From Felis catus (lineage: Eukaryota): DNA of 64,000 bases. The DNA is taken from NCBI RefSeq assembly GCF_018350175.1, contig NC_058368.1, positions 7,564,001 through 7,628,000 of the forward strand, given 5' to 3'. Under the pieces are notes generated by a model. That model had not been told where the DNA came from, searched no databases, and saw only the letters and a program-made list of their open reading frames with translations. A program made the position numbers and the translations under genes. Below, piece by piece: positions 33,960-45,849 of the stretch. How positions within the stretch are numbered: position 1 is the first letter of the stretch; each line of letters begins with the position of its first letter.

Positions 33960-36624
33960 CTGTGGAGGAAGGAGAAGTTAGGCCGGGGAACCGCAAGGCG
34001 GCCCATCAGTCATGGGTAATGACAAACCTCCCTAACCCAAGGGCTATTTCTCTTCCTTCTTCGCCCCGGGGGGCCAGGGTTTGGCTGATTCCTGCCGGGT
34101 CTGACAAGACCCCCCAGAGGGTCCTGAGGGGAGGGTGCGAGGCTATCTGAGACAACTAAACTCACCTTGGGGTTAAGTGGTTTTTAAAAACGAAGAAAAA
34201 CTCCAACCTCCTACACGCAAGATAGCAGAACCCAGCCCCCCCCCCCCCCGTTTGGTAAACCAAACACAGCACTGGAGCAGGCTGGGCCCAAAGGGAAAGG
34301 GGGCAGGACAGAGTCTCCAGAGTCCTGGGAATGTTCACATTTTCTGGCCTATTGAAGACGGAAGCCCACCCTAAAAGCAGCTGGGGCCCTGGGGATGCGT
34401 TAGTGTCGCTGCGTGGGGTGGTGGTGTTACTTTCTGTCTGTGGCTTTCTACTTTTATTAACAGTAGAAAGGGGGGTGGGGGTGGGTGCAGGATGTGACAG
34501 ACCAGAATCACCTCCTAGGCACAGAGGCCCATCTGGTGGAATTCCGAGCTGGGGTCTGGCAGGCAGAAGACCCCTCCCGCTGGCGACATTCTATACCTGG
34601 CTGAACACGGTTTCGCATTTGGCGCTTTTTCTTTTTTGAGCCCACCCCCCACCCCCATTTATTTCTGCTACAAACTCTGCCAGAGCTATCCTGACCAGTG
34701 ATCTGTGCTCATTGGATTGAGTCAACATATTAAACCTCAGATTGATTGTTTTACTGAAGGGCCTTGACAAATAGTGCCGTCGCGGTTGGAGCAGGCCCGA
34801 GAAACTGGCGTCTCCCCCGGGTCTGTCCTGGGTCATCCCTTGGCAGGGGCTCCTCGTTGGCCCCGGGTCCTGGTCATCCTGCAGCCGAACAGGTTCAGTC
34901 GCCCGGTGCCCAATCCTACAGGAAGATCTAAAGGGTCTGGGAGTTTCTTGGAGGTGTTTAATGCCCCGCAGGCCGACTTTGTTCAGGTAAAACCCTTTGC
35001 AAACCACAACAAAAGCGCCCTGGGAAGATACAGGGCCGGATCAGAGGGAGCTCCCCCGAGCCGCTGAAAGGGGAACACAGTCCCAAACAATGCAGGACAA
35101 GGCGATCTTATCAAAGAAAAGCCCTTTCAATGCCTTAATAACAACCGCATTCTGTTTGAATTACCACTACTGAGCAAATGGCGGCCCCCGCTTTCATCCC
35201 CCTCCCCGCCAGGCGCATTAACATAAACACGGCCCGGCAGGCGCATTTGAATGGGCGCAGCGGCCCCGACCCTGCGTCTGCGAAGCCAGTGAAGGGAACT
35301 AACACGTCCTGGGAGCCTTGCAAGGGGCGGGCGCGTTCACACGCGCTACCGCCTCTAACCCACTCGAGGCTACCGGCGGGAGTCGCCCGTTTTACAGATG
35401 AGGAAACTGAGACTCGGGCTGGCTCAGGCACTCAGTGCAGGGCGCGGCTGCCACTGCACCCAGGTTGGAGCCACAAAGGGGCACCCTTTGGGGTGGGCTG
35501 GGCAGGGGGGCGCAAGAAAGTTCTCCGAGCCGAACATCCCGGGAGCAACACTCGCCTGGGGGAGCGGCTCCTGCGCCAGGGCCGCCCTTTCCGTCTGCCG
35601 GACGGGCCGGGGACGCGGTGACCAGGACCCCTGCGCGCTCTGCGGCCCGCGTCCCCAAGGGCCTTGGAGGCGCCCCGCACCCCCTGGGAACCAAGGAGGG
35701 GGCTGGAGGAGGGGAGAGATGAGAGGGACTTGTGAGAATTCATTATTGACTGCGAAAGTCACCACCCTCTTTCCGGGCCCTAAAAGAGACAATGGCAGGG
35801 CTGGGAAGGTGTATATCAAAGCGGGCCGGGCCGAGGACCAACCCCCCTAGCCCGTTGACAGATGACGCTCCGCAGAGGAGCCGGGCTCTGGCCCGCGGGC
35901 CGCGGCCTCCCGACATTAACATCACAAGGGCGCCCGGCGCCGACTGCGGCCTTGCCACCTCGGCGCGGGACTTCACAGCGGCCTCTCATCTGCTGACCCC
36001 GCGGCCTGGGCTCCTGTGGCTTCCCTCCCTCTCCCTCTCCCCCCTCCCCGGCCCTGGCCCCGCGGCCACTGTCCCGGGACACACCAGAGGTCTCCCGTAG
36101 GACCCCCGGTCGCTGCCAGGTGCGCCCCAGGCAGGCTCCGTAAAAGACAGCCTTCTCTGAGACAGCGCCCGATCGGGCGACGGCGTCTCCCTTTGGGGGA
36201 GGCACCAAGGCGAGGTTCCGAGGCTGGCCCTGTGGCCTTCTCCCTGGGCGGCCGCATTTCCCACCCGGCATGTGCCCGGTGACTCAAGTACTGATGCCCG
36301 GAGACAGCCCCCAACGGCTGCTCTGATTTATACGGCTGTAATTGGCTATAAACCTCTGCAAAGTGGCCATAACCTGCGCGCAGGCCGGGCTGGGCCAGAA
36401 ACAAGGGAAGAGAAGAAAGCGGAAGTGCAGAAGGCTGGGAAAACTTCGTGGAGCGAAACGGGGATGCCAACAGGACTCTCCCACCACACCTATTCCAACT
36501 TCCTTCCCACTTTGACACATATCCCCATAGCAGAAGGGGCAGACCGGGACCTGATGGGCCCTCGCGGTCCGGCAAACCTAGGATGTCTGCAGGGACATCT
36601 CCTGAGCCAGCTTCTTGAACATGG

Positions 36625-36667
36625 GCGCGCGTGCACACACGTACACACACACACACACACACACACA
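36625..36667 (+). repeat. (CG)n/(CA)n alternating purine-pyrimidine tract in CDX2 intron 1
   Basis: Direct reading. Confidence 0.9.
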
Positions 36668-37453
36668 GCCCCGAGACCCTGGAAAGGAAAGGTGGGGAGA
36701 AATGATCCCTGTCTGGAGCAGAAGCTGAATCCCCACCAAGGATTCTTCCCCTTCTCCCTCTGCAGACACAAGAGGACACCCACGACTTCTTGCCCCTAGC
36801 CCTCCAGCTTCGGACTGCTCGAACTCCTTTGCAAATCAAAGGAGTTCAATGACGGGGCGCGCTCCCTTCCGCCTAATTCCTGGGGCCTGCCTTTCCTGCA
36901 ACAGCAGCTTTGCCGGCTCTCCCTATTCGCCCTAGCTCTTGAGATTCCTTGACCCCGGTCCCACGCGCGGCCTCGCCGCCCTCCTGGCTCCCCAGGGCAC
37001 CCCTCTTCTTGAGCGGCTCAGCGGCGTGGAGAGCAAGGCTCTGAAGCCCGGCTCGGTGGAGTTCGAGGCTCCCTTTCCCCGGCGGCTCCAAGCTGCGCAC
37101 CGAGTGCCAGAGGCACCAAGTGCGGGGGACGCGCGTTCCCACTCCTACGCAGCCGTGCTACGCCCACATTCCCGGGGGTGTCCTGGGAGTGTTGGGACGT
37201 TGGAAGGAGGAAGGCTCTCCTCTGCCCTAAACTAAACACGGGTTGGGAGACCCACTTACTCCCTCCCGCCCCCCACCCCCAGCCCGCCAGCCCAGGCGCG
37301 GTAGAGAAGCCCGGCAGTCGGGGGCCCCCTGACTTTGTCTCCCTCTCCGGCCCTCCTGGCGCCCAGCTCCCAGACAGCTCGGGACGCCCGGGTCGGCGCG
37401 GGACGCGCGGCCGGCCCAGCAGCCCCCTCCCGCGGGGCGCCGCCGCCGCCTAC

Positions 37454-37994
37454 CTTGGCTTCCGAGGGACTGCTGCGCGGGCTTCCGCATCCACTCGCAC
37501 AGGTTCCGCCGCTGGCCGCCCGGGGACAGCTGCTCGGCGGCGGCGGTGGCGGCCGGCCCGGGAGGCCCGGGATTGAGTGTCTGCAGCAACCCCGAGGCGC
37601 AGGAAGGCGCAGCGGCCGGGTGGTGCGGGTGGTGGTGCGGGTGATGGTGCGGGTGGTAGTCGGCCGGGCCGCTGTAGCCCATGGCGGCGGCCGGGGAGCC
37701 CCCGTTGAGGCCGTGCGCCACCGCGTTGGCGGCGGCCGCGGCGCCCCCCGGCGCGTAGCCGTTCCAGTCCTCTCGGAGCGGGGCCCCGTACGCCGCGGGC
37801 CAGGACGGCCCCGGGGACTGCGCAGTGTCCAAGTTCGCGGCCGCGGCGGCCGCGGCCGCCACATGGTAGCCGCCGTAGTCCGGGTACTGCGGGGGGCTGA
37901 CGAAGTTCTGCGGGGCCAGGTTGAGGCCGCCAGAGTGGCGCACGGAGCTGGGGTACATGCTCACGTCCTTGTCCAGGAGGTAGCTCACGTACAT
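37454..37994 (-). CDS. CDX2: CDX2 coding exon 1 (541 nt; N-terminal activation domain, His-rich tract, hexapeptide CEWMRK)
   Basis: Translation [45 protein letters not shown]...[17 protein letters not shown] is the CDX2 N-terminus; ATG in gccaccATG context; donor CAAG|gtaggc at 37454/37453. Confidence 0.98.
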
Positions 37995-38026
37995 GGTGGC
38001 GAGGGCCCGACGGCAAACCTCACCAT
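37985..38026 (-). other. 13-codon uORF ([13 protein letters not shown]) overlapping the CDX2 start codon out of frame
   Basis: ATG at 38026-38024 in context agcATGg; TGA at 37987-37985, downstream of the main ATG. Confidence 0.75.
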
Positions 38027-38279
38027 GCTGCCTGGGGGCCGACGCTGGAGGCTGCCGGGGGGCGCGAAGGGGAAGGGGCGAGGGGGCGCCGAGAGCGGCG
38101 GCTGGCTGCACCCCGGCCCGCGGTGCTCCGCTGGCTCCTCGCGGCGCTTCTGCCTCCGAGGCGGTCCCTCCCTCTGGCCTGCCTCCTCCCTCCTCCCTTT
38201 CTTCCTTCTTTCCTCCCACCTCCTCCCCACTGGGCTGCAGAGGCGGGGAAGACCCGCCACAGGCTGGAGTGCGGAGCCC

Positions 38280-38500
38280 CAGGCCGGCGGCCTTACGTGA
38301 TTAACGAGTGTTTACAAGACTCTATTAGTAATGACACAGACACCAATGGCTGGAGACGTCGAGGCGCAGCGCGCACCCCGCGCACAACCCCCCGAAACAC
38401 GATTTGCATTTTAAAAGATAAGGGGAGAGGGGAGCTCAAGAGAGGGCTGCGACCCGAGCACCGCGAAATATTCAAACCTTTATTGTTAAGAGCTTCCTCC
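38280..38500 (-). promoter_or_regulatory. CDX2 proximal promoter
   Basis: AT-richer block directly upstream of the GC-rich 5'UTR with TGTTTAC (38309-38315, FOX), CCAAT (38343-38347), octamer ATTTGCAT (38402-38409), AGATAA (38416-38421) and TTTATTG (38479-38485, CDX-type). Confidence 0.7.
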
Positions 38501-41500
38501 TTCCAACCTGGTGCACTTTAACCTCCAATCACAGGTTCAAAGAATGAAATCAAGAGACTTGCAAAAGAGGGGGGGGGGGGAGAGCTATCTTGGTGGGAAT
38601 CTGGGCTTGGAAACTAGTAGTGTTTCTGCATTTGCGGGGTGGGGGGGGGGTGCATCTAGAGGCTCGTTCTACACCAAAGAGGAAAGAAAAGGGAAGCCAT
38701 TGCTTTGATGACTACGTTTCTGACCCACCCGGGAGGTGAGGAGCCGAGCCCTTAGAGATGGGGCCGGTTCCTGCCCTCTCTGCGCTCCCGGCCAGAACGG
38801 TTGCGCGCCCCAAAACAACTGTGGCTGCTAATCAGCTATTTTCCTCTCCAAGGAAACCTCTTGCCTCTGGCACAAGATAAATGATGCCGCTAGCTTCAGG
38901 CTGCGTCTCCGAGTTCATCTCACGTTTGGGATTTAAGTTAAATTAAAGCAGTTCATATTTTAAAAAAGCATTTGCATCCAAAGACACAAAACAGTCAGAC
39001 CAAGGAGCCTGTGGCAGAAGTCAGACGGTGGAGGGCAGTTATGGGGGGGGGCGGGTAAAAGAGGGCTGCTAGAGTGCTGGCAAAGTTCTGGTTTCTTGAA
39101 CGGGGTGCTGGTGACACGGTAGGTTGTCTGCGAAAATTCAGCGAGCCTAGCCATACGTGTTTATTTTACTGAAGCGGTTAAAAATCCAGGTAAAGAGAGT
39201 CAAAATTGCTGCTAATATATACCTAGGGATTTGTATATTGTACATAACGCCTTTGTCTTAAAACCACTTTCTGCTTTCCAAGCTAGAACATTGTCCAAAG
39301 AAAATCGTTTCTCGTCTCTAGGAGATGGGCAGGGAACCCGGGCCGTTACTAATGATTGCTTCTGAAGAGCTCCTAGTGAAGAAAAGTTGAGAAAGGATCG
39401 ACTTTGAAGCACTGTGTCGGGGGCCCCAGGGGCTCAGTGGCAGCTGCGGGGACCAGTGCTGTGAGGCCTGGCTTGGGAACTGCCGGGACAGGAGCGCAAG
39501 GCGACCAGATCCGTCTTGCGCACGCGCCCGGCCCGGCTCCGTGTAGCCACTGCAGGGAGCAGCCCCGCGGTGGCCTTCCAAGCTTTCTCCCCGAGCCCAG
39601 ACAGTGCCACCAGACTAGGATTTGAGGATCGCAGAGGCCCGGTCCGGGGACTCGGCAAGCTGCCTGGGCGGCTTCGGGCGCTCCGGGACCAGCGGGACAC
39701 TAGCCGCCCATCTCCATAGCTGCACTTGTCGGTTCTCATTGTCACGCGCTCTTTGGCGGTTGTCACTTCTTCACCTTCTCATCTCTGGAGCTTTTTCCAG
39801 TGCCCTTTACCTGCCTCGATCCTCACATCTCCCTAAGTGGGGAACTGAGCTGGTGTTGTCAGCACCTCCGTTTTACAGACGACACCCACCAAAGCTGCAT
39901 AGCGGAGGGAGGCCAGGCCCAAGTTGGATGCGAACAAGCCCAGGGCTGAGGGATCCCTGCTTGCTGGTTCTTCTCCTCTGCGTTTCCTAAGGAGGTTGGT
40001 TACAATCAGCAGTCTGCGGGGCGGGGGTAGGTCAGATAGCTGAGCCCCCAAGAGGTGGAAGACGTGGGGGTGGGGGGGAGGTGGGCAGGCAAGTCGTCCA
40101 AGTGGACCTACTGAGCCTGGTCCGGACAGCTGAGTTCATGGGACCGCTCAAGAAATAAAACAGGGAAAAAAGGTCGCAAGCCCCATTGCAGAACCCAAAT
40201 CATTGAGTTGGGGGAGGGGGAGCGAAAGAGAGAGTCTGCAGTCCTGATGGGGTGGGAATGTGGGAGGTTAAGTGGTGGGCACTTCAGACTTTTGATCTAG
40301 CAAACATCTTCCTCCTCTTCCTGGAGACACAATTCCTCTTTCTGTCCCCCACAACCCCCTCCCAAGCCTCGAGCTCTGGAAGCCGAGGCCCAGGCTCAAG
40401 CCTGCGTCTTCGGAATGTGGGCATTCTTTGGAACAATCGCTTTATTGGGGACAGCCATTCCCTCCGCCCTGCAGTGGCCGCTTCCTGCGTTTTTATGGCC
40501 CGGCCGCCGGCCGCTGGCTAATTGTCCCTGTTTTCCAGCTGTGTCTCTGTGCTCTGCCCCGGAGAAAGGGCTCTGGCCTGCCCGCCCAGATGCTTTGGGA
40601 GCAGCCAGGGTCGCTCTGGCCCCAGGGGTCACGCCAGGCCCCAGAGCTGGCTGGACCCCAGGCAACCTGAGGCTCTCTTGGGGTGTGAGAGCTGGAGAAA
40701 GGAAATCGTGGTGAAAAACCAATTGGTTTTCTTAATGGAAAATGGGCCTGCAGGGCAGTAGCATGACCCTGCCCAAGGTCCTGGGGTCTGGGCTGTTTGA
40801 TGAGGAGAAAGGAGCCAACACTGATGTCCTTGGATAAGCTTCTCAGGGTGGAAGTGTCCCTTCACATCCGGCTGCACTCTCAACCAAGAGGCCCATCTGG
40901 GTCCCCAAAGGGCAGGGTGCCAGGAGCAGTCAGAAAGGGGTGGATGGTGGCTGATGAGAAGGAAGCTTGGGTGTCTTTTCATCTTGATGGCTTAGCCTTT
41001 CTGGTGGGTCTTCACCAGGTGCCTATCCTCTGGAGGCCTCCTCTGGATGGGACTCTACCAGCCTTTGGGTGCAGATGTGTGGCCCTGGGAGGGTGGGGGT
41101 GCCACCCGCAGGAGACCCTGGGGGAGAGCCTTCTCAGTCCTGGACCCAAGGTGCTTGGTGGCTTTCTTAGGACCTTTGGCCTGAGCTGAGAACCTCCTGG
41201 GATAGTTGGCCCCAACTTCTCTGGATCAAGGCTTTTTTCCAACTGGCTGCCCTACCAGAGAAGCCTTCAGCAAATGGCTCTGGATGAGGCAAACTTGTGG
41301 AAAGCTTGGGGCTGGGGTTGGGGTGGGGCTGAAGCTGTGACCCCGTGGAGCCTGAGCCAAAGCAGGCTTTTAAGGGCAGGAGAGGGTGGGAAGAAAGAGA
41401 CTCAGGTAAATAAAGCATCAGGAAGACCACAGGGCAGCCACAACGGTTATCAAAGGGACGTGGTCTCTTTGTTGCTAACGTTGTAAAGGCCATTCAACAT

Positions 41501-44500
41501 TCCTTGCAGAGGGTCAGGGGCTTCCAGAATTCCGGCTGGTGGCAAGGGCAGGGGCAGGGGGTGTGTGTTGGGGGTGTAGGGAGGCACAGGAAGGGGGCGG
41601 GCTGCTCCTCTGGGCAGATGAGACACTCCTTGAATCCACAGATCATTGACAGGACTCTCTCCCTGCTCAAAGGTCCCCAGTGTTTGCTCTGGCTCCGGGC
41701 GGCGGTGGGGGGGGTCCTTTCCCCATATTTGTGGCTCTTGAAAAGCGGGGAGCCTGTGGCCCTTGTAAGCCAGATAGGGCAGACCATCTCTCTCCACCTT
41801 AGCATGCACGTCTGCTTTCTGAGTCCCGTTGAGATCAAGGAAATTATTCAAACAGTGCAACTGCTCCTATCCTTCCTCTCTTCTGCACAGGAAACCCTCA
41901 CCCTGCATTGATCTGGCTTGTCAGGGTAATTAAGGAAGAGCGAAAATGAAGACAGTGTTGCAGGATAAAATTGTTCGGCTTGGCGATCTGTACTGCTGTG
42001 GAGAAATGAGACCATCTCTACCTCATTTGGCATTGAGGGAGCTCGTCAGCCACCACCCGCAATCAGACACCCGATCAGCAACTCCCTCGCACAAAGGAAG
42101 GGCTCAATAAGGAGTGGTTTGACCGCAACAACCCCACCCTGCCCGGCCGCGGCCCACTCAGCTAACATCTCTGGGAAGGAAATCGATGGCAGTGTCCTTT
42201 CGGCCCCATCAGGCCACAATGGGTCCCAACGTGTTCATTCTGAACAGCAGGGAGGGGCCGCAGCTGTCCACAGCTGCCCGGGCTTCATTCCCAAGAGCAG
42301 ATGTGTCCCTGCCCCCACTGGTGTCAAGAATGTTCTCCCCCCCGCCCCAAGCAAACCGAGTATCTGGTCTTCTGTACCTGAGGGAAGGCTCCCGAATTCG
42401 TAGGAGGTCACTAGTGGACTAGAGTTTTACCGCTCAGGGCACAGGGTGCAGGGGAGTGAGGAAATGCACTGCCTTATTCCTCCCATGGAGTAACCCCCAA
42501 GGTTTCTTATCCAAGGCAAGGAATATACATTTTTTTTGTCATGCTCTTCTATCCAAAAATACACTGTTAAAGGCAGGAGATTTAGGGAGGTGAGCCCTGA
42601 GAGAGGTGCCGAAGTCTGGTTTTGCTCATTGGGTAAATGTCACGCAAATAAATGGCAGTTGCCCATTTTCGTTCTTTCTTCTGGAATTAGAGTCTGTGGT
42701 CACTGTGTGGGGATTGGATGAACCACTCTAGCGCCTTGTGGGGGGCAAGCACGGAGAATGATTTAAAGTCCCTCGAGGGAGAGGGCCTTGGGGGGGTCTC
42801 ACCCCAGAGGAAACCCCGCGATGCTGAGGGAGAAATCAAGCTCTCAGGCCAGCAACAGCTAAACGTTATCACTTGGTTTTGACGTGGAAGGCCTTTGGTT
42901 ACCATTTGTCCGCTCACCAACGTCTGTGCCTAGAGGGACTTTTGCTTATCATATGAAAATATGTTCCGAGGAAACCTTGCACAGTAGGCTTTATGAGGCC
43001 GAGGGAAGGAGCTCAGATAAGGTTCAGTTCTCCTGGAGTCACTGGGCCCTTTGGGAAGCTACTCTCTCTGGAGGGGAGACAAAGGACTTACTGTCCATGT
43101 AGTACGTCCAGTTTATAAAGGAGAAACCTGAAGCTCAGAGAGGTTGAGCGACTCTCCCAAGGTCACACAGCTAGCTGTTCCAGTCACTGAAACTAAATGA
43201 GCTACTATAGGTGCATTTTGGGCAGCGCGTAGGACTCTGGACAGACGTTAATTATTACTAAGGCTTCTGGTGCCACCCTGGAAACCCAAAACCAACCAGC
43301 ATGATTCCCGGAATCCAAACTCCCCACACCCTACGCCAAATAGGGCCAGAACAATCAGGCTCTGCTGTTCTACCTTTCTGACTACCTTCCACATCCTACG
43401 TATATCTCTCTTTCACAGGCACCTGCTAACTGCCGTTTATTAGTTTATCGAATGACAAATTTTCCATAAATTCCTTCCCAGATTCTTCGCCAATTACCAC
43501 CTGCTCTTGTCCTCCGGTAAATACTTTCTGAAAAGAGCTCTTTATTTTTGAATGGGAACTGATATCCTAAGCCTGATCCCTGAAATTTAAAATGAGTAAA
43601 GAAATGTATGCAAATAAATTGTGCTGTCTGCCCCCCCCCCCACCTTCTTCCCATGAGAGTTGTCCGTGGACATCTTTCGGACACACAGACCAAAAAGCCT
43701 ACTTCTTTGGGTAAATACAAGGAAGGCCCCATTCCGTTTCCGGGTGACATACGTGAATACCAGGCTCGGACTGGGCTGGTGAATTCCTAGCAGGAAAGCT
43801 CTCAAGTCTTTTGGCCAAGAGTGATGGCCGGGTGGGCTGGCTTGGACGTTTTAAGGGAGAGGTGAGAATTGGCGAAGCAGTTCCCCAACCTGGGAAGGTA
43901 GCGTGGAGCGGTTGGGAGGGTTAGGAAGAGGGACATCAGCTGTTCGCCTTCCAGCCGTTTTTTAGTATTGCCATTGTGGGGTGTGTGTGTGTGCGCGCGC
44001 GTTAACAAATCAGTAAGTAAAGTATGAAATTAACCACCCTAGACTCTGCACCAGCCACTTCTGGACTCCCGGACGCTCGCGGGGGCGCGTTGGGCCACCC
44101 CGCTGTCCCGGCTGGTGCGCACGCCCAGGATCCAGACCGTGGCCCCCGGCCTCAGAAGTCCGGGTTTGTCTCCCGCATCCTGCGCACCGGGGCGCGGAAA
44201 TGAGAAACATCTCCGCCAGGCCGAAGCCAGCGAAGTCCAGGGCGCGATGCTGTGTGAGCCAAGAGGTGGCCACAGAAACCTCTGCTGCCAGACCATGGCA
44301 GCCACGGCTGACCCGCCCGGGCAAGGGCGGCCCCCGCCTCTTTGCTCCTACCGGAGAAAAAAGCAAGAGCTACCTGTGGCTTTGGCCAGGGCCCTTCCCA
44401 CCCGGGCGCTCGCGTCCCGCGTCCCGCGTCCTGCCGGCAAGACTACAAGCGCTCAGCAGCGTTGGGAAGAGGCATCGCTCGGCCAGCCCTTCTTCCCCGT

Positions 44501-45774
44501 CCCCCTCCCCCTCCCAGCTCCTTTGAAGGGGTGGATCCAGAGTCTTCCCCAGCCCGTACCCCCTCCTGCAGAAATAAACAATTTCTGGCAAGCTTTGAAA
44601 TGTAACTGTGTGATTGAGGACACCCAGGTCGTGCCCCAGAGGATCTCACCTACACTCGGTCTAAAAATACGGCTGCAAGGCCTCCCCCGCGGGAAGCCTA
44701 TCTTAGCTTGAGCACATTTACACGGACAGTCCAGACTCTGCAGCTGGGGCCCCTCTATTTAAGAGACTGACTCATCCTAGGGTTGGACAGGGGGGCTTGA
44801 ATACACTGGATTAGTCAGAGTCTCAGGCCCGGCCTGTGGCGCTTGTATCCTGGGGCAGAAAGCCCTCTGTCTGGCCAAAGATTCCTTGTGTGTGTCAGTA
44901 AAGCCCCCAAGTTACCTTGGCTAAAGTGAGGCGGGCGTCTAGCCCCAGGCCCCAGGGGCCCACTGTTGCCGTAGGGTCCTAGAGCGCAGGAACTGAGTCA
45001 TCAAGCTGCCTTTGCTGTGTGCCCCTGATGCTCCCGCTTCCAGAAAGGCGTCTGGCCCAGGCCCAGGCAAAGGAGGCCTTGGTCTGCAGGGATGCTGGTA
45101 GCCGCAACTCACTTCCCTGGCACCCCAACCTAGCCCGGCCACCAGCTTCCGGCCTCCGTTCGCCCTTACCACTAGCGGAAAACACCTGCAAGGTGGCAAA
45201 GGGATTGAAGTACCTGGGGCGGCCAGGGTGGCTTCTGTCTGTGGGACTCTAGCCTGACCATGCTTGCTTTTTACGAAAAGGTTTTCTTGTTGCTGCTGCT
45301 GCTGCTGCTGCCGCTTACCTGGACGGGGTGGGAGGTGGGGGGTGGGGGGGTCACTAATGGAGGTTCCAGTCTTCAAAGGGCCAAACTCTGCCTTCCTTTC
45401 TCACCCTATCCGCATGGAAGAGGAGGGGTACGGCTTGTTTCTCTCCTCTGCCAACGGAAACTTAGGTTCGCTGGGGTCGGGTAGACCTTCCAGTGTGTGG
45501 GGCTGAGAGAGAGGGAACACGATGAGCCCGTCCTGCACGAGTGGAATTTTGGCCCTCAGTGTAGACAGCTGTCCGGTCTGCGGGGGGGGGGGGGGGGCTC
45601 TGGAGCCCCAGGGTTCAGAAGCTCCCCGGAATAGCTTACTCTGGCCACAAAGATTTCCCTGGGCACCGATCTTTCTCCATCACCTGCTTTGTCAGCCCTC
45701 TGGGGGGAGGGTTTCTCACGTTCACCTCGGGCTAGAATGTCCAGCACTGCTCAGTCAGTGCTATTAAATTATTA

Positions 45775-45785
45775 TTTATTTTATT
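45775..45785 (-). promoter_or_regulatory. Candidate URAD poly(A) signal (overlapping AATAAA hexamers)
   Basis: TTTATT twice on the plus strand, about 770 nt past the URAD stop. Confidence 0.4.
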
Positions 45786-45849
45786 ATTAACTTTGTAATG
45801 ACCGACGGGTCTCCCGTGGCAGCCTGAGGGTCTGACCAGTCAGCTCTCA

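Larger units (their letters stand above)
35170..38470. other. CpG island over CDX2 promoter, exon 1 and intron 1
   Basis: GC- and CpG-dense. Confidence 0.85.

Noticed and set aside
37995..38219. 75-aa N-terminal extension of the CDX2 ORF in the ORF track
   Set aside because: Starts at a non-ATG codon in the GC-rich 5'UTR; the known start MYVSY has an ideal Kozak context
44939..45376. ORF containing a polyQ run
   Set aside because: Produced by a short CTG microsatellite in apparently non-coding DNA; no other coding signal
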